64,000 nucleotides of DNA, taken from Promethearchaeota archaeon. Lineage in GTDB: Archaea; Asgardarchaeota; Lokiarchaeia; Sigyniarchaeales; SOKP01. Numbering within the stretch: position 1 is the first letter of the stretch; every line of letters begins with the position of its first letter. The stretch spans positions 320,001 to 384,000 of the forward strand of contig JBHLOY010000003.1 in the NCBI GenBank assembly GCA_048939995.1. The letters are read 5' to 3'. Made by a program: the position numbers and the translations under genes. Positions 32,801-47,800 of this stretch are shown piece after piece. The notes beneath the pieces were generated by a model. That model saw only the letters and a program-made list of their open reading frames with translations, was not told where the DNA came from and did no database searches.

Positions 32801-35800
32801 TATGAATATACTGGCTGGACTCCAACTATAACTGGAATAAGAAGTTATACGATTTATGCGAACGATAGTAGCGGAAATGTAAATTTTCTATCAGATACCA
32901 TTACAGTTATAGATACAACTCCTCCTCTATTATCAGGGTTATTAGAAAGTGCGGATCCCATAGAGTTGGGCATGTCTGAAATAATTCAAGTTAATGTGAC
33001 TGATCTCTCCTCAATAGATGATGTATGGATTCAAATTGATGGTATTAATTACCTAATGAGTTATGTCAGTGGAAATACTTATGAATATACTGGCTGGACT
33101 CCAACTATAACTGGAATAAGAAGTTATACGATTTATGCGAACGATAGTAGCGGAAATGTAAATTTTCTATCAGATACCATTACAGTTATAGATACAACTC
33201 CTCCTCTATTATCAGGGTTATTAGAAAGTGCGGATCCCTTAGAGTTGGGTATGGATGATATAATTAGAATAAACGTAACTGATTTGTCTCCAATTAATAC
33301 TGTGTGGATCGAGATTGAGGATATTAATTACACTATGAGCTATATTAGCGGAAATACCTATGAGTATGCGGGATGGCTTCCAACTACTATTGGAGTAAAG
33401 ATTTATACGATTTATGCAAATGATAGCAGTGGAAATGCGAATTTCCTTTCAGATACTATTACGGTTATTGACACTACAAGCCCAAGTTTATCGGGATTAT
33501 TTGAAAGTGGGGATCCTTTAGAATTGGGCATGTCTGAAACGATTAGAATAAATGTAACTGATATATCTTCGATTAATACTGTCTGGATCAAGATTGAGGC
33601 TGCTAATTACACTATGAGCCACGTCAACGAAAATACTTATGAATATGCTGGTTGGCTTCCTGATACTATTGGAATAAAAAGTTACACTATTTATGCGAAT
33701 GATTCTAGTGGAAATGTACAATTTCTTTCAGATGCTATCACAGTTGTAGATACTACGGGCCCAACTTTATCAGATTTATTTGAAAGTGCAGATCCTTTAG
33801 AATTGGGCATGTCTGAAGTGATTATAATAAATGTAACTGACTTATCTCCAATTCATACTGTATGGATCGAGATTGAGGATATTAATTACACTATGAGCTA
33901 TGTTAGCGAAAATACCTATGAATATATTGGATGGACTCCAATCACCATTGGAGTAAAGAGTTATACCATGTATGCGAATGATTCTAGCAGAAATATAAAT
34001 TTCCTTTCAGATGCTATTACGGTTATAGATACCACAGGTCCAAGTTTATCGGGATTATTCGAAAGTGCTGATCCTTTAGAATTAGGTATGCCTGAAACGA
34101 TTCGAATTGAAGCGACGGATTTAGGAGGAATCTATAATGTTTGGATTCAAATTGAGGGTATTAATTATCCAATGAGTTATATCAGTGGCAACACCTATGA
34201 ATACGCTGGATGGACTCCAAATGCAATCGGAATAAATAATTATACAATATATGCGAATGATTCTAGCGGAAATGCAAATTTCCTTTCAGATTATATTACG
34301 GTCATAGATACTACAGGACCAAATTTATCGGGATTATTCGAAAGTGCGGATCCTTTAGAGTTGGGAACGTCTGAAACGATTCAGATTGAAGCTTATGATG
34401 AAGACGGAGTTGATACTATCTGGATCGAAATTGAGGGTGTTGATTATCTAATGAGTTATGTTAGCGGAAATACCTATGAATTTGTTGGATGGCTTCCGCC
34501 TACTATTGGAGTAAAGGTTTATACAATATATACGAATGATACTAATGGAAATATGAATTTTCTTTCAGATACTATCACTGTTGTAGATACCACTCCACCA
34601 AGTTTGTTGGGATTATTCGAAAGTGCAGATCCTCTAGAATTGGGTTTATCCGAAACAATTCAAATAAATGTGACTGATTTATCTCCTATTAATACTGTGT
34701 GGATCGAGATTGAAGATATTAACTATTCAATGAGTTATACTAGTGGCAACACTTATGAATATACTGGTTGGACTCCAACCACCATCGGAGTAAAGAGTTA
34801 TGCGATTTATGCGAATGATACCAGTGGAAATATCAATTTTCTTGTAGACTTTATTACAATTATAGATACAACTCCTCCTCAATTATCAGGATTATTTGAA
34901 AGTGCAGATCCCTTAGAATTGGGCATGTCTGAAACGATTAGAATAAATATAACCGATTTATCTCCTATTAATACTGTGTGGATCGAGATTGAGGATATCA
35001 ATTACACTCTGAACTATATCAACGGAAATACCTATGAATATACTGGGTGGCTTCCTGATACCATTGGAATAAAAAGTTATATGATTTACGCGAACGATAC
35101 TAGTGGAAATGTAAATTTTCTTTCAGATACCATTACAATTATAGATACTATAGGACCAATTTTATCAGAATTATTTGAAAGCGCAGATCCCTTAGAATTG
35201 GGCATGTCTGAAACGATTCAAATAAATGTGACTGATTACTCTCCAATTGATTCAGTATGGATTCAGATTGACGGTATCAATTATCTAATGAGTTACTTCA
35301 GTGGCAACACCTATGAATATATTGGATGGACTCCAATCACCATTGGAGTAAAGAGTTATACACTTTATGCAAATGATAGTAGTGGGAATATGAATTTTCT
35401 TTCAGATTCTATTACGGTTATAGATACCATAGGACCAAGTTTATCGGGATTATTAGAAAGTGCGGATCCCTTAGAGTTGGGTATGTCTGAAACAATCCAA
35501 ATTAATGTGACTGATCTTTCCTCAATAGATAATGTATGGATCGAGATTGAGGATGTTAATTACACTATGAGTTATCTCAGCGGAAATACATATGAATATG
35601 CTGGTTGGATTCCAACTATAACAGGAATAAAGAGTTATACGATTTATGCGAACGATACTAGCGGAAATGTCAACTTTCTCTCAGATTTTATTACGGTTAT
35701 AGATACAACAGGTCCACTACTATCAGGATTATTTGAGAGCGCTGATCCTTTAGAATTGGGCATGTCTGAAACGATTCAAATAAATGTGACAGATTTCTCT

Positions 35801-38800
35801 CCAATTGATTCAGTATGGATTCAGATTGACGGTATCGATTATCTAATGAATTACTTCATTGGCAACACCTATGGATATATTGGATGGACTCCAACCACCA
35901 TTGGAGTAAAGACTTATATAATATATACGAATGATACTAATGGAAATATTAATTTCCTTTCAGATTCTATTACGGTTATAGATACCACAGGCCCAAGTTT
36001 ATCGGGATTATTCGAAAGTGCGGATCCTTTAGAATTAGGCATGCCTGAAACGATTCGAATTGAAGCGACGGATTTAGGAGGAATCTATAATGTTTGGATT
36101 CAAATTGAGGGTATTGATTATCCAATGAGTTTAATCAGTGGCAACACTTATGAATATGTTGGGTGGACTCCTACTACTATCGGAATAAATAATTATACAA
36201 TATATGCGAACGATACTAGCGGAAATGCAAATTTCCTCTCAGATTATATTACGGTCATAGATACTACAGGACCAAATTTATCGGGATTATTCGAGAGTGC
36301 GGATCCTTTAGAATTGGGCATGTCCGAAACGATTCAGATTGAAGCTTATGATGAAGACGGAGTTGATACTATCTGGATCGAAATTGAGGGCATTGATTAT
36401 CTAATGAGTTATATCAGCGGAAATACCTATGAATTTGCTGGATGGCTTCCGACTACTATTGGAGTAAAGGTTTATACAATATATACGAATGATACTAATG
36501 GAAATATGAATTTTCTTTCAGATACTATCACTGTTGTAGATACCACATCACCAAGTTTGTTGGGATTAGTCGAAAGTGCAGATCCATTAGAGTTAGGTAT
36601 GCCTGAAACGATTAAAATAAACGTAACCGATTTATCTCCTATTAATGCTGTGTGGATTCAGATTGAAGACATTAACTATTCTATGAGTTATGTCAGTGGT
36701 AACACCTATGAATATACTGGTTGGACTCCAACCATCATTGGAGTCAAGATTTATGCGATTTATGCGAATGATAGCAGCGGAAATATAAATTTTCTTTCAG
36801 ATGTTATCACTGTTGTAGATACTACAAGTCCTTCATTATTCGGATTGTCAGAAAGTGCAGATCCATTAGAATTAGGCATATCTGAAACGATTAGAATAAA
36901 TATAACTGATTTATCTCCTATTAATACTGTATGGATTCAGATTGAGAGTATTAATTATGCAATGAGTCATATCAGTGGAAATGCTTATGAATATGCTGGC
37001 TGGCTTCCCGATACCGTTGGAATAAAAAGTTATACGATTTATGTGAACGATACTAGCGGAAATGTAAATTTCCTTTCAGATACTATTACGGTCATAGATA
37101 CTACAGAACCAAGTTTATTGGGATTATTAGAAAGTGCGGATCCTTTAGAATTAGGCATGTCTGAGACAATTCAAATAAACGTAACCGATTTATCTCCTAT
37201 TAATACTGTGTGGATTCAGATTGAAGATATTAACTATTCAATGAGTTATATTAGTGGCAACACTTATGAATATGCTGGCTGGCTTCCTGATACCATTGGA
37301 ATAAAAAGTTATACGATTTATGTGAATGACACTAGCGGAAATGTAAATTTCCTTTCAGATACTATTACGGTTATAGATACTTCAGGACCAAGTTTATCGG
37401 GATTATTAGAAAGTGCAGATCCTTTAGAATTGGGCATGTCTGAAACGATTAGAGTAAATATAACCGATTTATCTCCTATTAATACTGTCTGGATCGAAAT
37501 TGAGGGTATTGATTATCTAATGAGTTACTTTAGTGGCAATACCTATGAATATACTGGTTGGACTCCAACCACCATTGGAATAAAGAATTATGCGATTTAT
37601 GCGAATGACAGCAGCGGAAATGTAAATTTCCTTTCAGAGTCTATTACGGTTATAGATACCACAGGACCAAATCTATCGGGATTATTCGAAAGTGCAGATC
37701 CTTTAGAGTTGGGCATAACTGAAACAATTCGAATAAATGTGACAGATTTCTCTTCAATTGATTCAGTATGGATCGAGATTGAAGATGCTAATTACATTAT
37801 GAGCTATCTCAGCAGAAATGCTTATGAATATGCTGGGGGGCTTCCAAACACTATTGGAGTAAAGAATTATATAATTTATGCGAATGATACGAGTGGTAAT
37901 ATTAATTTCCTTTCAGATTCTATTACAGTTATTGATACCACAGGACCAAGTTTATCAGGATTATTCGAAAGTGCGGATCCTTTAGAACTGGGCATGTCTG
38001 AAACAATTCAAATAGAAGCATCGGATTTAGGGGGAATCTATAATGTTTGGATTCAAATTGACGGTATTAATTATTCAATGAGTTATGTCAGTGGAAATAC
38101 TTATGAATACACTGAATGGACTCCAATTACTGTCGGAATAAATAATTATACAATTTATGCGAATGATACAAGCGGAAATACGGATTTTCTTTCAGATTCT
38201 ATTACGGTCATAGATACCACAGGACCAAGTCTATCGGGATTATTCGAAAGTGCAGATCCTTTAGAGTTGGGCATCTCTGAAACGATTCAGATTGAAGCTT
38301 ATGATGAAGATGGAGTTGATACTGTCTGGATCGAAATTGAGAGTATCGATTATTTAATGAGTTATATTAGTGGAAATACCTATGAATATGCTGGATGGAC
38401 TCCAAATACTATTGGAGTAAAGAGTTATATAATATATACGAATGATACTAATGGAAATATAAATTTTCTTTCAGATACTATTACTGTTGTAGATACCACA
38501 CCGCCAAGTTTATCAGGATTATTCGAGAGTACGGATCCTTTAGAGTTAGGCATGTCTGAAACAATTCAAATAAATGTGACCGATCTCTCTTCAATTGATG
38601 CTGTTTGGATTGAGATTGAGGCTCTTAACTACATGATGAGTTATATAGGCGGAAATACTTATGAATATACTGTTTGGACTCCAACCACCATTGGAATAAA
38701 AAGTTATACGATTTATGCCAATGATACTAATGGAAATATGAATTTTCTTTCAGATACAATCACTGTTGTAGATACCACACCACCAAGTTTGTTGGGATTA

Positions 38801-41800
38801 GTCGAAAGTGCAGATCCTTTAGAATTGGGCATGTCTGAAACGATTCTGATTGATGTAACTGATTTATCTCCAATTGATTCAGTATGGATTGATATTAATG
38901 GAAATGATTATCCAATGATTTTTGTCAGTGGAAACAGTTATGAATATGCTGGATGGACTCCAACTGTGAGTGGAATAAATAATTATACAATATATGCGAA
39001 TGATACTAGTGGAAATATAAATTTTCTATCAGACTTTATTACGGTTATAGATACCACGGGTCCAAGTTTATCGGGATTATTAGAAAGTGCAGATCCTTTA
39101 GAGCTAGGCATGTCTGAAACGATTCAGATAGACGCTTACGATGAAGATGGTGTTGATACTGTCTGGATCGAAATCGAGAGTATTTATTATCCTATGAGTT
39201 ATATCAGTGGAAATGCTTATGAATACGCTGGATGGACTCCAATTGCTATTGGTGTAAAGACTTATACAATATATGCGAATGATACTAGTGGAAATATAAA
39301 TTTTCTTTCAGATTCTATTATTGTTGTAGATACTACAGAACCAAGTTTATCAGGATTATTCGAAAGTGCAGATCCTTTAGAATTGGGCATGTCTGAAACG
39401 ATTCAAGTAGAAGCTACAGATTTAGGGGGAATCTATAATGTTTGGATTCAAATTGACGGCATTAATTATACAATGAGTTATGTCAGTGGAAATGCCTATG
39501 AGTATGTCGGATGGACTCCAACCACCATTGGAGTAAAGACTTATGCTATTTATGCGAATGATACTAGTGGAAATATAGATTTTCTTTCAGATTCTATTAT
39601 TGTTGTAGATACTACAAGTCCTTCATTATTTGGATTATTTGAAAGTGCGGATCCCTTAGAGTTAGGAATGTCTGAAACGATTAGAGTAAACGTAACCGAT
39701 TTATCTCCTATTAATACTGTGTGGATTCAGATTGAAGATATTAATTATTCAATGAGCTATGTTAGTAGCAACGTCTATGAATATACTGGGTGGACGCCAA
39801 GCGCCATTGGAATAGCGAGTTATACCATTTATGCGAATGATACTAATGGAAATAAAAGATTCCTTTCAGAAGCTATCATTGTTGTAGATACTACAAGTCC
39901 TTCATTATTTGGATTATTTGAAAGTGCAGATCCATTAGAATTAGGCATATCTGAAACGATTAAAATAAACGTAACTGATTTATCTCCTATTAATACTGTG
40001 TGGATTCAGATTGAGAATATTAACTATTCAATGAGCTACATAAGTGCTAACACCTATGAGTATGCCGGATGGACGCCAAGCGCCATTGGAATAGCGAGTT
40101 ATACCATTTATGCAAATGATACTAGTGGAAATATAAATTCTTTATCAGATACCATTACAGTCATAGATACATCTCCTCCGCTATTATCAGGATTATCTGA
40201 AAGTGCGGATCCATTAGAGCTGGGTATTCCTGAAACAATTCAAATAAATGCTTATGATGCGAATGGCATTAATACTATTTGGATTGAAATTGAAGGTGTT
40301 AACTATCTTATGAGCTATATCAGTGGGAATACTTATGAATTTGCAGAGTGGATTCCTACCATGGTGGGAATTAAGAGTTACACCATCTATGCAAATGATA
40401 GCAGCGGAAATGTCAATTTTCTATCAGATGCTATTACAGTGATAGATACCACACCTCCTCTATTATCAGGCTTATTAGAAAGTGCGGATCCTTTAGAGTT
40501 GGGCATGTCTGAAACAATTAAAGTAAATGTAGCTGATTTAACTCCAATTAATACTGTGTGGATTGAGATTGAGGGTGTTAATTATACAATGAGCTATATC
40601 AGTGGAAATACCTATGAGTATGCCGGATGGACGCCAAGCGCTATTGAAATAGCGAGTTATACCATTTATGCGAATGATAGTAGCGGAAATATAAATTTTC
40701 TGTCAGATACCATTACAGTCATAGATACAACACCTCCTCTATTATCAGGTTTATTAGAAAGTGCGGATCCTTTAGAGTTGGGCATGTCTGAAACGATTAA
40801 AATAAATGTAACTGATTTAGCTCTAATTAATACTGTGTGGATTGAGATTGAGGGTGTCAATTTTACTATGAGTTATATTAGTGGAAATACCTATGAATAT
40901 GTTGGTTGGCTTCCTAACACTATTGGGATAAAAATTTATACCATTTATGCGAATGATAGTAGCGGAAATGTGAATTTTCTTTTAGATTTTATTACGGTTA
41001 TAGATACTACGGGACCAAATTTATCAGGATTATTCGAAAGTGCAGATCCTTTAGAGTTGGGAATATATGAAATGATTCAGATTGAAGCTTATGATGAAGA
41101 TGGCGTTGATACTGTTTGGATCGAAATTGAGGGCATTGATTATCTAATGAGTTATGTTGGTGGAAATATCTATGAATATACTGGATGGATTCCAACCACC
41201 ATTGGAGTAAAGATCTATACTATTTATGCGAATGATACTAACGGAAATATAGATTTTCTTTCAGATTTTATTACGGTTATAGATACTACGGGACCAAGTT
41301 TATCGGGATTATTCGAAAGTGCCGATCCATTGGAATTGGGAAATTCTGAGACTATAATGATTAATATATCTGATCATTCCCCAATTGATAATGTCTGGAT
41401 TGAGATTGAAGGCATCGAAATTCTTATGAATTATGTTAGTGGGTTTACTTATGAATATTCCGGATGGAATCCAACTGCTATTGGAGTAAAGAGTTATACG
41501 ATTTACGCGAATGATACTAACGGAAATATAAATTTTCTTCCAGATTCTATTATGGTTATAGATACCACAGGCCCAATTTTATCGGGATTATTAGAAAGTG
41601 CAGATCCCTTAGAGTTAGGCATGTCTGAAACAATTCAAATTGATCTGGTTGATCTCTCTCCAATTGACACCGTGTGGATCGAGATTGAGAGTATCGAAAT
41701 TCTTATGAGTTTTATCAGTGGCAACACTTATGAGTATGCTGGATGGACTCCAATCACCATTGGTGTTAAGAATTATATGATCTATGCTAATGATACTAGC

Positions 41801-44800
41801 GGAAATGTCAATTTCCTATCAGATGCTATCACTGTTGTAGACACCACAGGACCCTCATTATTCGGATTATCAGAAAGTGCAGATCCCTTAGAGTTGGGCA
41901 TGTCTGAGACAATTCAGATTAATGTGACTGATCTCACTTCTATTGATTCAGTATGGATTGAGATTGAGAGTATCGAAATTCTTATGAGTTTTATCAGTGG
42001 CAACACTTATGAGTATGCTGGATGGACTCCAATCACCATTGGTGTTAAGAATTATATGATCTATGCTAATGATACTAGTGGAAATGTAAATTTTCTATTA
42101 GAAGCTATTATAGTCATAGATACCACTCCTCCTCTGTTATCGGGGTTATTTGAAAGTGTGGATCCCTTAGAGTTAGGGTTTTCAGAGACAATCCAGATTG
42201 ATGTGTTTGATCTTTCTCCAATCGACACCGTATGGATCGAGATTGAGGGTGTCAATTTTATTATGAACTTTTTCAGTGGGAATACTTATGGACATTCAAA
42301 CTGGATTCCTAACATGATTGGGTTAAATAATTATACCATTTATACGAATGATACAAGTGGAAATATAAACTTTCTATCAGAGGCTATTACAGTCATAGAT
42401 ACAACTGAACCGTTATTATCTGGATTATTTGAGAGTTCAGATCCCTTAGAGTTAGGGAATTCAGAGAAAATCCAAATTGATGCGTTTGATCTTTCTCCAA
42501 TCGACACCGTATGGATCGAGATTGAGGGTGTCAATTTTACTATGAACCATATCAGTGGGAATACTTATGAACATTCAGACTGGACTCCTAACATGGTTGG
42601 AGTAAAGAACTACATAATTTATGCCAATGATACCAGTGGGAACTTAAATCTTTTTTCCGATACAATTACAGTAATAGACACTACTCCACCACAAATTATA
42701 ATACGTGAACCCAATCCATATGACCAATATGGTATAATAGCTCCCGAAGTAGATATTGAATTTCTTGATTATGATCTAGATAATACATGGTATCAGATTA
42801 TCGGTACAATTACAACAGCTAACTATACATGGACTGGGGCAATTGCCCAAAGTCTATGGGATCAAATGGGAAATGGGCTTGTTGTTATTCAATTTTATGC
42901 AAATGATTCATCAGGTAATTTTAACTCCAATTATGTAATAGTTAAAAAGGATAGTAGTGCTCCAGATGTTACTATTAATAGTCCAGAAAATGATCAACTC
43001 TATGGATATCTCCCACCAGTAATTGATGTAGATTTTGGATCAGATGCAATTTATGAGTGGTTCCAATTAATTGGTACAGTAACAACTTCAAATTACACTT
43101 GGACAGGAACAATATCACAAGAAATATGGGATGAGGTTGGTAATGGTACAGTAATTATCTATATTTATGCAAATGATTCATTAGGTAATTTAGGATATGA
43201 TTCAGTTAGAATTAATAAGGATATTATTGAACCTAATATAATAATAAATGAACCAGCTCCTTATAGTTTATTTGGAAAAATTGCCCCAGTATTTGATTTA
43301 GATATAGATGAAGGAAATCTCAATCAAACTTGGTATCAGATAATTGGAACAACTACTACAAATAACTATACTTGGACTGGAATAATAGCACAAAATCTAT
43401 GGAATCAGATGGATAACGGAACAGTAACTATAGTCTTCTATGCTAATGATACAATTGGTAATTTCGGTTCTGAATTAATAGTAATTAGGAAAGATATTAT
43501 CGCTCCACAAATAATAATCAGCCAGCCTGATTCGAATGACCTTTTTGGAAAGTCAACCCCAGAAGTTAATGTAGAATTTTTAGATCCCAACTTAGGTTCT
43601 ACTTGGTATCAGTTAAGTAATGGTTCTATTTCGACTAACAATTACACTTGGTTAGGGTCCATAAATCAGATTGTTTGGGATCAAATAGGTAATGGCTCAG
43701 TTAATATAATATTCTATGCTATTGATACTATTGACAATCTGAATTCTACTATGGTCATTGTTCGAAAAGACATTAAAAAACCATCTATTTCTATAATTCA
43801 GCCACATATATATGAATTATTTGGGGAAACTTCACCTATTGTAAATATTAATATTAATGATCGCCATTTAAAAGCAGTATGGTATCAATTAAGCAATGAA
43901 TTAATAAGAACTGCTAATTACTCATGGATGGGATTAATTGATCAAACTGTATGGGATCAAATTGGAAACGGTACAGTTAATATAATATTCTATGCGAACG
44001 ATTCTGTTCGTAATTTCGCATCTGAAAATGTTATTGTAAGAAAAGATGTTATTTCACCACAAATTACGATAATAGAGCCCTCTAATTATGATTTGTTTGG
44101 AAATACACCTCCTAATGTTAATCTTGAAGTAATAGAACCAAACTTAAATGAAATATGGTGTCAATTAACAGACGGAACTATTTCTACTAATTATACTTGG
44201 AACGGAAATATTACTCAAAGTGCTTGGAATATGTTTGGAACTGGCCTGGTTACAATCAAAATATATGCTAATGATTCAGTGGGTAATTTAGGATCTAAAT
44301 CAGTAGTAATTAGGAAAGATGTAACCGCGCCAGATATTGTAATTTATGAACCTAATCCGTTTGATTTGTTTGGACTAAGTGCTCCTATTGTTGATGTAGA
44401 TGTATCTGATCCAAATTTGGATACAATCTCTTATAAATTATATAATAACACTAAATCAAGTTTAATATATTTATGGTTAGGTTCTATTGAACAGCTTGTA
44501 TGGGATGAATTTAGGTCAAGCGTTATCACCATTAGAATTTATGCTAATGATACAATGGGAAACACAAGATTCTCTGATGTAACAATAATAAAAGATATTA
44601 CCAAGCCAACAATTGACATTAATTTTCCTAATCCTTATGATTTATTTGGCATAGACCCTCCAAATCTAATTATTAATATATATGATCAAAATTTGGATAG
44701 AGTTTGGTATCAATTGACAAATGGTATTGAAACAACATTAAATTATACCTGGAGTGGAAATATTCCCCTAAATATATGGAATGAAATGGGAAATGGAACT

Positions 44801-47800
44801 GTTACTATTATAATCTATGCAAATGATACCGTTTCTAATTTTAGATCCCAATTTATAACTATTAGAAAAGATATAATTGCTCCAATAATAAATATCGATT
44901 CTCCCGGAAATTTCTCTCTATACGGAAGAACACCACCTGAAGTGTTTATAACTGTTTATGAACCCAATTTAGATAATATAAGGTATCAATTGAAAATTGG
45001 AGAAATTTCAACTCAAAACTATTCTTGGACGGGAATCCTGGAACAAAATGTATGGGATGAGGTTGGAAATGGCACTATCTCCATTATTTTTTATATAAAG
45101 GATGCTGTTGGAAACTTTGCTTCTGTTGTTTTAATAGTAAGGAAAGATATTATTGCACCCCAAATATTAATACAAGAGCCAATACCTTCTGATTTATTTG
45201 GAACGTTACCTCCAAATGTTAGTGTGGATATCGAAGATCCAAATTTATCCAGTGTGTGGTATCAATTAAGGAATGGGACTATAAATACTATGAATTATAC
45301 TTGGACAGGATTAATAGAACAAACTACATGGAATCAGGTTGGAAATGGATCTGTATACCTCACTTTTTATGCTAATGATTCATTGGGGAATCTTGGTTCT
45401 AAATCTGTTCTAATCCAAAAAGATATAATTGGTCCAAAATTAATTATTAATTATCCAAATCCTTATGACGTTTTTGGCATAACGGCTCCAAATATAAATA
45501 TTGAAATTGAGGATAAGAACCTATTTACTTCTTGGTATTGCCTAAAAAATGAAACAACCACAACTTTGAATTACACTTGGATAGGAATATTGGAGCAAAG
45601 TATATGGGATCAGTTTGTTAATGGATTAGTGACCATATTCTTTTATGCAAATGATTCGATGAGCAACTTTAACTATATAAACCTTTCTTTAGTGAAAGAT
45701 CTTAATGCTCCAATAATTAATATTATAGAACCTGAAAATTTTGCTGTTATTGGGCAAATAGCTCCTGATTTTGAAGTATATATTAGCGGTATTGATATTC
45801 ATCAATCTTGGTATGTGTTTGCAGGTGAATTAGTTAAATATTTCTTTATAAATACTGATGGAACAACCATTGTTACACTAAATCAAACTAAATGGGATGA
45901 ATTTGGAAATGGAACAGTTACGATTGAATTCTACGTAAATGATTCAGTAGGTAATATTGGTTTTGATATTGTTGAATTGAGAAAAGATGTTTATGCTCCA
46001 GAAATATTAATAAATCTTCCAATATATGAAGGTTATTGGAGTAAACCACCTATACTAAACATTTCTTATTTTGATCCAAATTTTGATACTCTATGGTATA
46101 AAATTGGAATCTTCTCTGGTATATTGATAAATAATACTGAAGACTGTATAGATCCTTTAATATGGGATAGCTTAGAGCAAGGTAAGCATCAACTCTTTAT
46201 CTATGCTAATGATACTGCTGGTAATGTTAACGATAGTTATGTATTTACTATTTATAAAGATACATTGGCTCCAATAATAACTATTCATTCTCCTGTAAAT
46301 GAGTCTTATTCAGATTCTCCCCCTATTTTTAATATTAGTTTCTACGATCCAAATTATGACTCATTATGGTATGGAAATGGTTTTATTAACATAACTTTAG
46401 TAAATAATACCAATCAATTTCTTGATTGGAATATTTGGAATGATCAACCAGAAGGCATCTATCAGATTGTCATTTACGCAAACGATACTTTCGGTCATCT
46501 TAATGATAAATATATAATAACCTTGTATAAAGATACCAAAGCGCCTATAATAACAATTAATTCACCTAATAATAATACATATTACAATAGTCCACCTACT
46601 TTGAATATAGTAGCATCAGATCCAAATTTTGATAGCTTATGGTATAAAGTTAGAAATGAAATTATAAAAATAACACAACCCTTTCAAGATTTTGATGCAT
46701 TTATTTGGGATATCTTGGATCAAGGTGAGTTTCAAGTTGAAATTTTTGCAAATGATACCTTTGGGCATATTAATTCAGATTATTACCTAATATTGTTTAA
46801 AGATACATTAGCACCAAAAATTATAATCAACTCTCCTTTGAATCAGACTTATTGGAATACTAGACCCATCTTAAATATAACAGCATTAGATCCTAACTTG
46901 ATAAGCCTTTATTATAAAGTCAATACCTACTTGGTCTGGTTAACCAATAATACTGCAATCCTTCTCTCAAGTCCCATATGGCAAGGCTTAGCAGAAGGAG
47001 AATTTAAAGTCCAAATTTTTGCTATCGATGATTTTGGCTATATTAATGACTCTTATACCTTAACATTATTCAAAGATACCATTAAACCAAACATTACCGT
47101 CGACTATCCGAATACAAATTCTCTTTATGGTGCAAATCCTCCTGAGTTTAGTATTTCTGCTAGTAAATTTAATTTAGATTCTGTTTGGTATGAATTATTA
47201 GGTTATCCTAAAAATTTTATTCTCTTCGAATTTACAGGAATGATCAATCAAGAAGCCTGGGATAGTTTTGGAAATGGAACAGTTACCATTAGATTCTATG
47301 CAAATGATACTACCGGAAATTTTGGAATTAAAGACATTATTGTTAGGAAAGATGTAAGTGTACCAATTATTAAAGTCTACAAACCATTTGAATATACAAT
47401 TTGGGATGTACCACCTATAATTAATGTTTCGGTTTCTGATAATAACTTAGATAGTATATGGTATAGAATAGGAACGATGAGTTCAATTCTATATAGCGAC
47501 ATAGAACAACAATTAGATAATTTAATCTGGCAAAGTATACCTGAAGGAGAATTTCATATCTATATTTATGCGAATGATACTTTTGGAAATATAAATGATT
47601 CGTTTTATATAATTTTATATAAAGATACCTTAGCACCTGATATTACAATAAATTTGCCTACTCTATACCAAGAAATTGGAAATATCGCTCCTAATTTTAA
47701 TATTAGTATAGTTGAAGACAATTTGCAGAATTGTTGGTATACGATAGATGAAGGTTTAATAAATTTCACGTTTAACACTAATATTGGACAGATTGATCAA

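Noticed and set aside
25960-42690. CRISPR array or mobile repeat
   Set aside because: The repeats are 279-bp in-frame coding units with degenerate third positions; there are no unique spacers or cas genes.
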